The notes: a model not told the origin generated them from the letters alone. 64,000 nucleotides of DNA from an uncultured Muribaculaceae bacterium (GCA_910585275.1 CAJUCW010000016.1:22493-86492), one strand, 5' to 3'. Numbered from the stretch's first letter, positions 10,265 through 20,868 are shown. A program made the numbers and translations.

Positions 10265-10798
10265 TCAAAGCCATCCCCCGCATATTTGCCAGAGGGCAAT
10301 CCCCGCGCTCACCGACACGTTGAGCGAATGTTTCACCCCCGCCTGCGGAATTTCGAGCACCACGTCGGCAATATCCACTATACGCTGGTCAACGCCTTTC
10401 ACTTCGTTGCCCACCACAAGCATATACCTCTCCCCTTCTTCCGGAACAAAATTCTGCAACGGCACACTGTCGTGGGCCTGTTCGAGCACGCATACTTTCC
10501 ACCCCTCCCCTTTCATACGCTCCGCCTCTTTAAAGGCATCTTCCACATGCCGCCATTCAACGCTCTCTTCGGCGCCGAGGGCGGTCTTGGAAATTTCCGG
10601 ATGCGGGGGACACCCGGTGATGCCGGCCATCACCACCTCCGAAAGCAGGAATGCGTCGGCGGTGCGAAGAATCGCCCCTACATTATACATGGACCGGACA
10701 TTGTCGGCCATCAGCGATACAGGGAGTTTCTTCTTCTCCCTGTATTCGCGGAGGCTACAGTTGGTCAGTTCGAATATATCCTTTTTCTTATGTTGCAT
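10265..10798 (-). CDS. SpoU/TrmH family RNA methyltransferase
   Basis: DNVRSMYNVGAILRTADAF, GNEVKGV and HSLNVSV SPOUT motifs. Confidence 0.92.
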   Translation of the reverse strand: MQHKKKDIFELTNCSLREYREKKKLPVSLMADNVRSMYNVGAILRTADAFLLSEVVMAGITGCPPHPEISKTALGAEESVEWRHVEDAFKEAERMKGEGWKVCVLEQAHDSVPLQNFVPEEGERYMLVVGNEVKGVDQRIVDIADVVLEIPQAGVKHSLNVSVSAGIALWQICGGWL

Positions 10799-10837
10799 TT
10801 TATCCTCCGATTATGCATTATGGATTATGCATTTCCT

Positions 10838-11788
10838 TTATGACATCTCAAGCATCCTCTCTATGGGTCGGAGGGCCTTTTCGGCAATTTCGGGATCGAC
10901 GTTGATTTCCGGTCGGCCGTCGCGCAACGCCTCATAGACTTTCCTGAGCGTGTTGAGCTTCATATATTCGCATTGGTTGCACTGGCATTCCGAATCTTCG
11001 GCGGGGGCGGCAAGGAATTTCTTGTGCGGGCATTTGTTGCGCATCTCGAAGAGGATGCCGCTTTCGGTCACAACTATATATTCCGGTGCGTTGTCTTTCT
11101 CCGCGAAGTCGAGGAGCGCGGCGGTGGAACCCACCTTGTCGGCTATGAGCTGCAGAGGGCGACGGCATTCGGGATGCACGAGCACTTTCGCCTCGGGATG
11201 CTCCTTCTTCATCTCAGCAATCTTCTCGATGGAGAATCGGTCATGCACATGGCAGGCGCCGTTCCATAGGAGCATGTCGCGTCCGGTCACACTGTTGATA
11301 TATTCCCCGAGGTTACGGTCGGGACCGAATATTATCTTTTCGTCGGCGGGAAGTTTATCCACTATGTTGCGTGCGTTGCCGGAGGTAACTACAATGTCGG
11401 TGTGTGCCTTGACGGCGGCGGAAGTGTTGACGTAGCTTATCACCGTGTAGCCCGGATGCTCCTTCACGAATTTCTCGAACTCCACCGGGTCGCAGCTGTC
11501 GGCCAGAGAGCAGCCGGCCTCCGTGTCGGGAATCAGCACTGTCTTATCGGGGCAAAGAATCTTGGCTGTCTCGCCCATGAAATGCACGCCACACATCACT
11601 ATGACGTCGGCATCTGTTTTGGCGGCCTGGCGGGCGAGGGCAAGCGAGTCGCCGATGAAGTCTGCTATTTCCTGGATTTCGTCGCGCTGATAATAATGCG
11701 CCATTATGAGTGCGTTCTTCTCCTTCTTGAGACGTGATATTTCCTCTCGTAGCCGATCTGCGGAGGTGACGGCGGGGGTCGATTCCAT
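10838..11788 (-). CDS. nadA: Quinolinate synthase
   Basis: AHYYQ, GDSLAL, CGVHFMGE, GCSLAD, CHVH and HPEC motifs. Confidence 0.96.
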   Translation of the reverse strand: MESTPAVTSADRLREEISRLKKEKNALIMAHYYQRDEIQEIADFIGDSLALARQAAKTDADVIVMCGVHFMGETAKILCPDKTVLIPDTEAGCSLADSCDPVEFEKFVKEHPGYTVISYVNTSAAVKAHTDIVVTSGNARNIVDKLPADEKIIFGPDRNLGEYINSVTGRDMLLWNGACHVHDRFSIEKIAEMKKEHPEAKVLVHPECRRPLQLIADKVGSTAALLDFAEKDNAPEYIVVTESGILFEMRNKCPHKKFLAAPAEDSECQCNQCEYMKLNTLRKVYEALRDGRPEINVDPEIAEKALRPIERMLEMS

Positions 11789-11794
11789 TTTTGT

Positions 11795-12250
11795 TATTTA
11801 TTTAATAAAAATTTAAAACTTAATAAAAATTTAAACAACAACAACAAAGGATGTCAATAACCACTAATAACTTTCCGCTCTAAAATTTGGAAATATGGGT
11901 TATTGAACTTTATGTCGGTTTTATTGTCGGGTTATCTACAGGTGCTTTTCTTGATTATCAGCAAAGTGCAGACGTTATTTACACCATGTAGATAATTGCA
12001 AAGTTAATAATTTTTTGCGATTATAGGTGTTGAAAGCTGTAGAAAACCCCGCCTTTTCCTGTAGATTATTTGGTCAACAACTATCGATAACATGATGCTT
12101 GTTTTTCCAATCATACATAAAGACCAAGTTCTCAATGTCTTTTTATAAATTGCAAGGAATATGGAATTTAGTTATAAAGCTGTTTTCAACGTGATTTCTA
12201 CCGCTTTTTAACCAGTTTTTTACAACTTATCTACAGGTTATTGACAGGTT
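11795..12250. other. Putative chromosomal replication origin (oriC)
   Basis: AT-rich tract with (AAC)n trimers plus a cluster of DnaA-box-like 9-mers: TTATCTACA at 11932 and 12227, TGTAGATAA at 11987, TTATTTACA at 11975, TGTAGAAAA at 12038, TGTAGATTA at 12060, TGTCAATAA at 11852, TTATTGACA at 12238. Confidence 0.7.
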
Positions 12251-12269
12251 AGGTGAGCCATATTATGAA

Positions 12270-12413
12270 TAAGACCATAGTCCCATAGAACCATATTATA
12301 AATAAGACATAGTCCCATAGATTTAAACTATGGAACTATGGACCTCTGGTCTTAAACTATGGAACTATGGGACTATGGTCTTAAACTATGCAGCTATGGA
12401 ATTATGGTCTTAA
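12270..12413. repeat. Short-unit inverted/tandem repeat cluster (CCATAG / CTATGG units)
   Basis: AAGACCATAGTCCCATAG units followed by inverted AAACTATGGAACTATGGGACTATGGTCTT units. Confidence 0.7.
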
Positions 12414-12751
12414 AAGATGAAAGCGGGGACACCGGAATATGATTCCGAGGTCCCCGCAACATCAAGGTTACGAAAAGGTGATTTCCTTTTTTATGTGTGG
12501 CGCCGCCCCTTGACTGCGGCGCCGGTTGCAAGTTTCGATTTTATAGCACAGATATCATATAAAAGCTCCGGCAACTGTGGAGGTATTTTCTCCACACCTT
12601 ACTACCGCCTCAGCAGTCGGAGCTCTTCTATTCGTTTTGTAAGTATAACCTTTCAGGGAGTAACGAGGTTCATTTCATTCCCTTTTTTAACTTTTGGATA
12701 TAATACAGACGGCGCGCCTATTATAGTTATAGGCGCACCGTCTGTATCATC

Positions 12752-12776
12752 AAACATGCCGGAGGCATGTCCCTAC
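12752..12776 (-). repeat. GTAG-family REP sequence
   Basis: AAACATGCCGGAGGCATGTCCCTAC is the reverse complement of the 6581 copy. Confidence 0.8.
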
Positions 12777-12783
12777 GCTAAAT

Positions 12784-13320
12784 TCAAATCAGGGTTCTTC
12801 CTTTCTCTATTGCCTGTTGGTTGAGGGGAAGGAGGTGGTGGTGGCGTTCGGGAATGGACTTTTTCAATCCTTTCATCACGTTTTCCATCGGCAATTTATA
12901 GGGCATCGCTTCAAGAAGGGCCCCCATCACAACCATATTGTAGGCTTTGGAATTGCCGAGTTCCAACGTAGCCTCCATCGCGTTGATGGGGAGAAGCGTA
13001 ACGTCGGTGCGTGTGGGGTGCTTGTGTATTCCGTTTGTGTCATACATCAATATTCCGCCCTTTTTTACCCTCGGGGAGAATTTGTCGAGGCTCTGCTGGT
13101 TGAGGGCCACTACTATGTCGTAGGTGTCGAGCACCGGTGATGAGATTCTCTCGTCGGAAATGATGACGGTGACGTTTGCCGTGCCGCCACGCTGCTCCGG
13201 TCCGTAAGAGGGCATCCAGGTCACCTCCTTGTCGTCCATAAGCCCCGAATAGGCGAGTATTTTCCCCATCGAAAGCACTCCCTGTCCGCCGAATCCGGCT
13301 ATTATGATTTCTTCAGTCAT
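12784..13320 (-). CDS. 2-oxoacid:ferredoxin oxidoreductase gamma subunit
   Basis: IIAGFGGQG and PSYGPEQRGGTA motifs. Confidence 0.92.
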   Translation of the reverse strand: MTEEIIIAGFGGQGVLSMGKILAYSGLMDDKEVTWMPSYGPEQRGGTANVTVIISDERISSPVLDTYDIVVALNQQSLDKFSPRVKKGGILMYDTNGIHKHPTRTDVTLLPINAMEATLELGNSKAYNMVVMGALLEAMPYKLPMENVMKGLKKSIPERHHHLLPLNQQAIEKGRTLI

Positions 13321-13355
13321 TGTCTTTTGAGATATTATGAATTGTGCATAATGCG

Positions 13356-14120
13356 TTATGCATTGTCCTTGAGATCACCGAGAGGGTATTTCTCAAACAT
13401 ATGTTGCGCCATCCATTCGTTGGCGTCGGCGGGGGTCATTTTCCATCCCGAACTGCAGGTGGAAACCACTTCCACCACCGATGTGCCTTTCTTCGCCATG
13501 GCATTCTGGAACGCCTTTTTAAGGGCTGCCTTGGTTTTGCGTACTGCCGCCGGTGTATGCACCGCCTGGCGGGTGACGTAGCAGGTGCCGTCGAGTTCGG
13601 CAAGCAACTTCGTTATGGCGAGCGGATAGCCGTTGAGGTCGATTCTGCGTCCGTAGGGGGTGGTGGCCGTTTTCTGGCCGATGAGGGTTGTGGGCGCCAT
13701 CTGTCCGCCGGTCATGCCGTAGATGGCATTGTTGACGAAGACCATGACGATGTTCTCGCCACGGTTGGCGGCATGGATGGTCTCGGCGGTGCCTATAGCC
13801 GCCATGTCGCCGTCGCCCTGATAGGTGAAGACCACGTTTTCGGGCCAGAGGCGGCTGATGGCAGTGGCCACTGCAGGCGCCCTGCCGTGGGCGGCTTCAA
13901 CCCAGTCCACGTTGACATAATTGTAGGCGAACACCGCGCATCCCACGGGAGAGATTCCAACGGTTTTTTCGGTTATGCCCATCTCGCTTATGACTTCGGA
14001 GAGCAGCTTATGGATTACACCATGGCTGCAGCCGGGACAGTAATGCATATGGACATCGTCGAGGAGCTCGGGCTTGCAATAAACCTTGTTTTCCTCTTTT
14101 ATAATATCGTTGACTTCCAT
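13356..14120 (-). CDS. 2-oxoacid:ferredoxin oxidoreductase beta (TPP-binding) subunit
   Basis: HYCPGCSHG, GDGD and NNAIYGMTGGQ motifs. Confidence 0.92.
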   Translation of the reverse strand: MEVNDIIKEENKVYCKPELLDDVHMHYCPGCSHGVIHKLLSEVISEMGITEKTVGISPVGCAVFAYNYVNVDWVEAAHGRAPAVATAISRLWPENVVFTYQGDGDMAAIGTAETIHAANRGENIVMVFVNNAIYGMTGGQMAPTTLIGQKTATTPYGRRIDLNGYPLAITKLLAELDGTCYVTRQAVHTPAAVRKTKAALKKAFQNAMAKKGTSVVEVVSTCSSGWKMTPADANEWMAQHMFEKYPLGDLKDNA

Positions 14121-14133
14121 AAGGAATCTTTTT

Positions 14134-15216
14134 TCAATTAATAAAGTTTTTCTCAAGGGCATCCACCACTTCCTGAGGGCTGGGGATGATTCCGCCGAGA
14201 CGCCCGAAGTGCTTCACGGGAATGGCGTCGTGGATGGAGAGGCGCACGTCTTCTATCATCTGCCCGGCGTTAAGTTCCACACAGAGTATTCCCTTTTTAC
14301 CCTCGGCGGCTTTCCTTACGGCTTCCGCAGGGAAGGGCCAAAGGGTGATGGGACGCACGATGCCCACCTTTATACCTTTCTCTTTGGCTATGTCTTTAGC
14401 TTTGGCGCAAATGCGGGCTACAGACCCGAATGCCACTATCAGATAGTCCGCATCGGCCACATCCAGTTCTTCCCAGCGTGTCTCGTTTTCCTGTATTTCC
14501 CGATAGCGGTTCTGAAGACGGTGGTTGATTTCCTCCATTTTGCTCGATTCGAGTTCGAGCGACGTAACGACGTTGCGTGGCCGCAAACCTGCGCGACCGT
14601 TGGCGGCCCATGGGCATTGGCGGCGTATTTCCTCTTCCGTGCGCCTGGGACGCTGCTCCGGAAGCACCACTTTCTCCATCATCTGGCCAACGATGCCGTC
14701 GGCAAGTATCATGGCGGGGGTGCGGTATTTGAAAGAAAGGTCGAAACCGAGACCTACGAAATCTACCATCTCCTGCACCGACGAAGGCGCAAGCACTATG
14801 AGATGGTAGTCGCCGTGTCCGCCTCCCTTTGTGGCCTGGAAATAGTCTGCCTGCGAGGGCTGGATGGTGCCGAGTCCTGGGCCTCCCCTCATCACGTTGA
14901 GTATAAGGGCCGGCAGCTCGGCACCGGCCATATATGATATGCCTTCCTGCTTCAGGCTTATGCCGGGAGAGGAAGATGAGGTCATAACGGCTTTTCCCGA
15001 AGCTGCCCCTCCATATATCATGTTGATGGCGGCAACTTCCGATTCTGCCTGCAGCACTGTCATGCCCGTAGTTTCCCAGGGCATGAGGACTTCAAGAGTC
15101 TCGAGCACTTCCGATTGAGGAGTAATAGGATAGCCGAAATAGCCGTCGCAACCATAGCGTATGGCAGCGTGTGCGATGGCTTCGTTACCTTTCATGAGTT
15201 TTACCTCTTCTTTCAT
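14134..15216 (-). CDS. 2-oxoacid:ferredoxin oxidoreductase alpha subunit (VorB-like)
   Basis: GNEAIA, YPITPQSE, QAESEVAA and SSSPGISLKQE motifs. Confidence 0.92.
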   Translation of the reverse strand: MKEEVKLMKGNEAIAHAAIRYGCDGYFGYPITPQSEVLETLEVLMPWETTGMTVLQAESEVAAINMIYGGAASGKAVMTSSSSPGISLKQEGISYMAGAELPALILNVMRGGPGLGTIQPSQADYFQATKGGGHGDYHLIVLAPSSVQEMVDFVGLGFDLSFKYRTPAMILADGIVGQMMEKVVLPEQRPRRTEEEIRRQCPWAANGRAGLRPRNVVTSLELESSKMEEINHRLQNRYREIQENETRWEELDVADADYLIVAFGSVARICAKAKDIAKEKGIKVGIVRPITLWPFPAEAVRKAAEGKKGILCVELNAGQMIEDVRLSIHDAIPVKHFGRLGGIIPSPQEVVDALEKNFIN

Positions 15217-15277
15217 GTCTGATTGGATTAGTCTATCCTGATAAAAAGGATAATTGCGGGAATAATAAAATGCTGTG

Positions 15278-15508
15278 TCAGTCTGTCTTCACACGATAGA
15301 CCTCGATGCAGGCATCGGGGCAAACCCAGGCACAGGAACAGCAACCGGTGCAGCTCTCGGGATTGGCCATGAAGGCATAATGATAGCCGCGGTCGTTCAC
15401 TTCATTGGGCTGGAGGGAGAGTGTGTCCGTAGGGCATGCAACCACACAGAGGTTGCAACCCTTACACTTCTCAACATTGACGCTTACCGCGCCTTTGACT
15501 TTTGCCAT
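15278..15508 (-). CDS. 2[4Fe-4S] ferredoxin / oxidoreductase delta subunit
   Basis: Two CxxCxxCxxxCP motifs. Confidence 0.92.
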   Translation of the reverse strand: MAKVKGAVSVNVEKCKGCNLCVVACPTDTLSLQPNEVNDRGYHYAFMANPESCTGCCSCAWVCPDACIEVYRVKTD

Positions 15509-15708
15509 GTCTATATCGTTTGATTGGTTTCTTTTAGGTGAAAGGCCCGGCGGAGAACTGCGATCAGGAATCTTTTTCCCGCAGGCTTCATATAATCACA
15601 AAAGTAGTAAAAAACTTTTGCACAAGAGTCATAAAACGTATGTTGGACAACATATTTTATGCTGTATAACATAAAACAAATTGAAAAACATGTTTTATTT
15701 AACAGGTT

Positions 15709-16413
15709 TTAATGTTTGCCTTCAAGAATTTCGGTCAGTTTTTTCATTCCTTCCGTAGCGGTGGCTTTGATGACGGTCACTCCAGGCATCCTTGAGGCGG
15801 AAGCCGCCGGATTCGGGTCTATATAATATATAGGTGTGCCGGGGTTGACATATTGGATAAGTCCGGCGGCGGGATAGACTGCAAGCGAGGTGCCTATAAC
15901 CACGAAAATATCCGCTTTTTCCACCAATTCGATTGCAAGCTCGATGTTGGGCACGGGTTCTTGGAAAAACACTATGTGCGGACGCATGAAGTCGCCACGT
16001 TTGCCTCGGGTGGCAGGGGTGGTGTCAAGATGTTCAATGTCGAGCGGTTCTATATAGGAAGGATCGCTTACAGAACGGATTTTCATCAGTTCTCCATGCA
16101 GATGAAGCACCTTTGAAGAGCCTGCCCTCTCGTGAAGGTCATCCACGTTCTGGGTTATGACATATACGTCATAGTCTTTTTCAAGGGCGGCGAGGGCTTT
16201 GTGGGCGGCGTTAGGGAATTTTGAGATAAGGTCGCGCCGGCGGGCATTGTAGAATTGATGCACCAGTTCTGGGTTTCTTCGGAAACCGTCGGCCGACGCC
16301 ACTTCCATCACAGGATAATTTTCCCACAGACCTCCGGCGTCGCGGAAGGTGGATATGCCGCTTTCGGCGCTTATGCCTGCACCGGAAGATATAACTAATT
16401 TAGGTTTTCCCAT
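15709..16413 (-). CDS. cobB: Sir2 family NAD-dependent protein deacylase
   Basis: GAGISAESGISTFRD, TQNVDDLHERAG, HGEL and GTSLAVYPAA motifs. Confidence 0.92.
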   Translation of the reverse strand: MGKPKLVISSGAGISAESGISTFRDAGGLWENYPVMEVASADGFRRNPELVHQFYNARRRDLISKFPNAAHKALAALEKDYDVYVITQNVDDLHERAGSSKVLHLHGELMKIRSVSDPSYIEPLDIEHLDTTPATRGKRGDFMRPHIVFFQEPVPNIELAIELVEKADIFVVIGTSLAVYPAAGLIQYVNPGTPIYYIDPNPAASASRMPGVTVIKATATEGMKKLTEILEGKH

Positions 16414-16624
16414 AGTCGTGAATGTTAGGGATGGCTTTTGGCCCGGTTGATATGACACGTTTATTGAATCAACATGACAGAAGCATATTGGTTCAATGGC
16501 GCGCCGGTCTTTATAAAGGCGAATTTAATGTAAAAAAACGAAACAGGACATATAATTGCACTTAAAGCGTGACGAATGTGCAATTATTGAATAGGATTTC
16601 GCCATAATTTAGTAACTTTGCAAT

Positions 16625-17656
16625 ATGGAAGGCGAAGATTTCGACATACGCGACCGGCAGGTACGCGACTCTGAAAAGGATATAGAAAAGGCGTTGCGCC
16701 CTCTGGCGTTCGACGATTTCAGCGGGCAGGATAAAATTATTTCCAACCTGCGTATTTTCGTGCAGGCTGCACGCCTGCGGGGGGAGGCACTCGACCATAC
16801 GCTTCTCCACGGCCCTCCGGGTCTCGGAAAAACCACACTCTCGAATATCGTGGCCAACGAGCTTGGTGTTGGATTTAAGGTAACGTCGGGCCCGGTGCTC
16901 GACAAGCCGGGCGACCTTGCGGGAATCCTTATGAGCCTTGAGCCACACGACGTGCTCTTCATCGACGAAATCCACCGCTTGCATCCCATAGTGGAAGAGT
17001 ATTTGTATTCCGCTATGGAGGACTATCGCATCGACATTCTCCTCGACAAGGGGCCCGGAGCAAAGAGCGTGCAGCTTACGCTCTCCCCCTTCACTCTCAT
17101 TGGGGCGACCACACGCAGCGGTCTGCTCACGTCGCCGTTGCGTGCCAGATTCGGTATAAACTGCCATCTTGAATATTACGACCACGAAATATTGAAAGGA
17201 ATTGTGAAGCGGTCGGCAAGTCTGCTCCGTGTGGGCATTGCCGACGAGGCGGCTATGGAGATTGCACTCCGCAGCCGCGGCACTCCGCGTGTGGCCAACG
17301 CCCTTCTGCGCCGTGTGCGCGACTTCGCCATGGTCAAGGGGAACGGGTTTATAGATATCGACATCGCACGCCATGCCCTTGAAGCGCTTAACATAGACCG
17401 CTACGGACTTGACGAAATCGACAATCGCATTCTTCTGACTATAATAGATAAATTCAAAGGGGGACCTGTGGGAATAGGGACTATCGCCACAGCCCTCGGC
17501 GAAGATGCCGGAACTGTGGAGGAGGTTTATGAACCGTTCCTCATTAAGGAAGGTTTTATGAAGCGAACTCCACGAGGACGTGAGGTCACCGACCTCGCAT
17601 ATACCCATCTTAATCGAAATCGTTTTGACCGTCCGGGAAATCTGTTTGATCAATAA
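16625..17656 (+). CDS. ruvB: Holliday junction branch migration helicase
   Basis: [33 protein letters not shown] and RTPRGR motifs. Confidence 0.97.
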   Translation: MEGEDFDIRDRQVRDSEKDIEKALRPLAFDDFSGQDKIISNLRIFVQAARLRGEALDHTLLHGPPGLGKTTLSNIVANELGVGFKVTSGPVLDKPGDLAGILMSLEPHDVLFIDEIHRLHPIVEEYLYSAMEDYRIDILLDKGPGAKSVQLTLSPFTLIGATTRSGLLTSPLRARFGINCHLEYYDHEILKGIVKRSASLLRVGIADEAAMEIALRSRGTPRVANALLRRVRDFAMVKGNGFIDIDIARHALEALNIDRYGLDEIDNRILLTIIDKFKGGPVGIGTIATALGEDAGTVEEVYEPFLIKEGFMKRTPRGREVTDLAYTHLNRNRFDRPGNLFDQ

Positions 17657-17668
17657 TAATATACTGAA

Positions 17669-19189
17669 TTGGCTGGAATAAAATCTCTTGTAAAGGATAC
17701 TGCCGTCTATGGACTCAGCAGCATCGTAGGACGCTTCCTGAACTGGTGTCTCTTTCCTCTTTATGTTAATATCTTCCCTACTCAAGAGTATGGGGTGGTG
17801 AGTTATCTTTATAGCTTCACTGCCGTGGTTCTCGTGATTCTCAACTATGGGATGGAGACCGGACTCTTCCGTTTTGCCAACAAGGAGAAGAATCCCGAAG
17901 AGGTCTATACCACTTCGCTTATTTCCGTGGGATTCACGTCGCTTTTGTTCATAGTCTTGTTGACCCTCTTCCTTCAACCTGTGTCGGTTGCCATGCTTCT
18001 TCCGGGCGATACGTTGTTTATATGGCTTCTTGGCGTAACAGTGGCTATCGACGCTTTTACCAATTTGCCGTTCGCTTATCTGCGTTTCAAGAAAAAGGCA
18101 TGGCGTTTCGCGGGAATAAAGTTCCTTAACGTCGGCGTCAACATTGGGTTGAATCTCTTCTTCCTTCTTGCATGTCCGGCATTGATGGAGGTATGCCCGG
18201 CTCTTGTGGGTTGGTTCTATGAGCCGTTGGGTGGCAACGCGTTTGGAATTGGATGGATATTTGTAGCGAATATTATATCTACGCTAATGGTTTTATTGTG
18301 TCTCCTTCCGCAGATTTTAGGGAGACGCTATGTTTTTTCCGGAGGTTTGCTTGGAAAGATGCTGAAATACAGCTGGCCTTTGCTGATACTCGGGGTTGCC
18401 GGGATATTAAGCCAAAACATGGGGCAGCTCCTCATCCCATATATTTTTGACGGCCATGAAGCGGAGGCTCGTTCCATGGTTGGTATTTACAGTGCCAATA
18501 TGAAGATTGCCATTGTGATGGTGATGTTTACCCAGGCATTCCGTTATGCCTACGAGCCTTTTATCTTTTCGCAGGCAAAAGAGGATGGAGAGGGTAAGAA
18601 ACAGGCATACTGCGACGCCATGAAATATTTCATAATATTCGGCCTTCTGATATTCCTCGGGGTTATGTATTACCTTCCGGTATTGAAGCATTTCATCGCC
18701 CCCGGCTATTGGAGCGGGTTGGCCGTTGTGCCTGTGATGATGCTTGCTGAATTGTGTTTCGGAATATTCTTCAACCTTTCGCTCTGGTATAAACTCACCG
18801 ACCGCACACAATGGGGTATGTATTTCTCTCTGCTGTGTTTTGTGCTGATGCTCGTGCTCAACCTGTGGTTCGTGCCTGCCATAGGCATTCCCTGCGGATA
18901 CATGGGTTCGGCTTATGCCGCGCTGATCAGTTATTTCGTTGTGATGGTGGTGAGCTATTTCGTAGGGCGCCATTATTATCCCCTCCCCTATCAGTTGAAA
19001 AGAATAGCACTTTACACGGTAACCGCCGTTGCGTTGTATATGGTTGGCGACTGGATAACCGCTGTGTCGCCTACGTGGGTGGCATATTCCATAAAATCCA
19101 TTCTTCTTGTGGCATATTGCGGGCTTGTGGCCGCTTTCGAGGAGATACCGCTGGTCTCTCCTCTTCTCCGCCGTTTCTTCCGACGCTGA
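17669..19189 (+). CDS. Polysaccharide flippase-like (MOP/Wzx) membrane protein
   Basis: About 14 TM helices; KDTAVYGLSSIVGRFLN N-terminus; TTG start just after ruvB. Confidence 0.85.
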   Translation: MAGIKSLVKDTAVYGLSSIVGRFLNWCLFPLYVNIFPTQEYGVVSYLYSFTAVVLVILNYGMETGLFRFANKEKNPEEVYTTSLISVGFTSLLFIVLLTLFLQPVSVAMLLPGDTLFIWLLGVTVAIDAFTNLPFAYLRFKKKAWRFAGIKFLNVGVNIGLNLFFLLACPALMEVCPALVGWFYEPLGGNAFGIGWIFVANIISTLMVLLCLLPQILGRRYVFSGGLLGKMLKYSWPLLILGVAGILSQNMGQLLIPYIFDGHEAEARSMVGIYSANMKIAIVMVMFTQAFRYAYEPFIFSQAKEDGEGKKQAYCDAMKYFIIFGLLIFLGVMYYLPVLKHFIAPGYWSGLAVVPVMMLAELCFGIFFNLSLWYKLTDRTQWGMYFSLLCFVLMLVLNLWFVPAIGIPCGYMGSAYAALISYFVVMVVSYFVGRHYYPLPYQLKRIALYTVTAVALYMVGDWITAVSPTWVAYSIKSILLVAYCGLVAAFEEIPLVSPLLRRFFRR

Positions 19190-19499
19190 TTTTTTTTCAA
19201 AAAGAAACCGGGAATGGGGGTAAACGGGGTGATTTAGGGTGCTACGGTAGGGTTGATGTCTATTTTGTGTCTTGAAAAATGGAAATTTGATTTTTAATAT
19301 AGTCTTAAATCTGCGTTGATTTTAATAAAATTGAAAGTTAAAAGTTGGTTTTTATTGCAGAATGTTGTGAAAGTGAATAAAATGTTGTAACTTTGCATTC
19401 GGATTGCGATGTCAGCCTCGATTTCTTGGAGATTGCCGTTAAGCTGGCCGCAGAAATTCTACAGGTAATAACAAATAAAAATATCAAATCAGACTATTT

Positions 19500-20843
19500 A
19501 TGAAAGCAACAGAAGTGATGGCGGATCTCCGTCGCCGTTTTCCCAACGAGCCGGAATATCTTCAGGCTGTGGAAGAGGTGATTACCTCTATTGAAGACGT
19601 TTACAACGAGTATCCTCAGTTCGAGGCCGAGAACCTTATCGAACGTCTTTGCATTCCCGACAGAATTTTCTCTTTCCGCGTGAGCTGGGTTGACGACAAG
19701 GGTAAAGTCCACAACAACATGGGCTACCGTATCCAGCACAACAACGCCATCGGCCCCTACAAAGGTGGAATCCGCTTTCATGCGTCTGTCAACCAGTCTA
19801 TTCTGAAGTTCCTTGCTTTCGAGCAGACTTTTAAGAACTCCCTCACCACCCTCGCCATGGGCGGCGGCAAAGGCGGCAGCGACTTCTCGCCGCGTGGAAA
19901 GAGCGACATGGAAATCATGCGTTTCTGCCAGGCATTCATTGCCGAGCTTTGGCGTCAGATTGGTCCTGACACCGACGTGCCTGCAGGCGACATTGGCGTA
20001 GGCGGACGTGAGGTAGGTTACATGTTTGGTTACTATAAGAAGATGGCCCGCGAGTTTACCGGCACATTCACCGGTAAAGGCCTTGACTTCGGCGGTTCGC
20101 TTATACGTCCCGAAGCTACAGGCTACGGCAACTGCTATTTCCTTCTCAATATGCTTGCCACACGCGGAATCGACATCAAAGGTAAGAAGGTGGCTGTCTC
20201 CGGTTCCGGAAACGTGGCTACCTACACCACCCGCAAACTTACGGAACTCGGTGCCAAGGTAGTGTCGATGAGCGACAGCGGCGGTTCCATCATCAAGCCC
20301 GAAGGTTTCACCGAGGAGCAGCTCGATTATATTTTCGAACTCAAGAACTACTATCGCGGACGCATAAGCGAGGTAGCCGACAAATATCCCGATGTGCAGT
20401 ATCTTCCCGGCGAACGTCCCTGGAAGCATGTGAAGTGCGACATCGCCATGCCTTCTGCAACACAGAACGAGCTTGACGGCGACGATGCACAGGCCCTTCT
20501 CGACAACGGCACGATTGCAGTGAGCGAAGGTGCCAACATGCCTTCAACTCCCGAAGCAATCAAGAAATTCCTTGACGCTGAGATTCTTTATGCTCCCGGC
20601 AAGGCTGCAAACGCCGGCGGTGTGGCGGTGTCCGGTCTTGAGATGGCGCAGAACTCCGAGCGTCTTTCCTGGAGCGCCGAAGAGGTTGACGAGAAGCTCA
20701 AAGGGATTATGAAGAACATCCATGAGCAGTGCGTGAAATATGGCAAAGAGGAAGGTTTCGACTTCGTGAACTACGTGAAAGGTGCCAATGTGGCAGGTTT
20801 CATGAAAGTTGCCCGCGCAATGATGGCCCAGGGCGTGCTCTGA
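19500..20843 (+). CDS. gdhA: Glutamate dehydrogenase
   Basis: GPYKGGIRFH, GGGKGGSDF, PAGDIGVG, EGANMP and KAANAGGVAVS motifs. Confidence 0.96.
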   Translation: MKATEVMADLRRRFPNEPEYLQAVEEVITSIEDVYNEYPQFEAENLIERLCIPDRIFSFRVSWVDDKGKVHNNMGYRIQHNNAIGPYKGGIRFHASVNQSILKFLAFEQTFKNSLTTLAMGGGKGGSDFSPRGKSDMEIMRFCQAFIAELWRQIGPDTDVPAGDIGVGGREVGYMFGYYKKMAREFTGTFTGKGLDFGGSLIRPEATGYGNCYFLLNMLATRGIDIKGKKVAVSGSGNVATYTTRKLTELGAKVVSMSDSGGSIIKPEGFTEEQLDYIFELKNYYRGRISEVADKYPDVQYLPGERPWKHVKCDIAMPSATQNELDGDDAQALLDNGTIAVSEGANMPSTPEAIKKFLDAEILYAPGKAANAGGVAVSGLEMAQNSERLSWSAEEVDEKLKGIMKNIHEQCVKYGKEEGFDFVNYVKGANVAGFMKVARAMMAQGVL

Positions 20844-20868
20844 TAAGAATTGCAATTATAGAAATTAC

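Noticed and set aside
12423..12580. Cobalamin-riboswitch-like words (GTCCCCGCAAC, GGCAACTGT)
   Set aside because: The other conserved B12 elements are not in the right order and no downstream gene lies on that strand.
12417..12824. 135-aa plus-strand ORF
   Set aside because: Spans hairpins and a REP and overlaps the end of a real gene; no protein-like features.
16562..17977. 471-aa minus-strand ORF
   Set aside because: Antisense shadow of ruvB and the flippase gene; no recognisable motifs.
19494..20429. 311-aa minus-strand ORF
   Set aside because: Antisense shadow of gdhA, a common artefact of codon bias.
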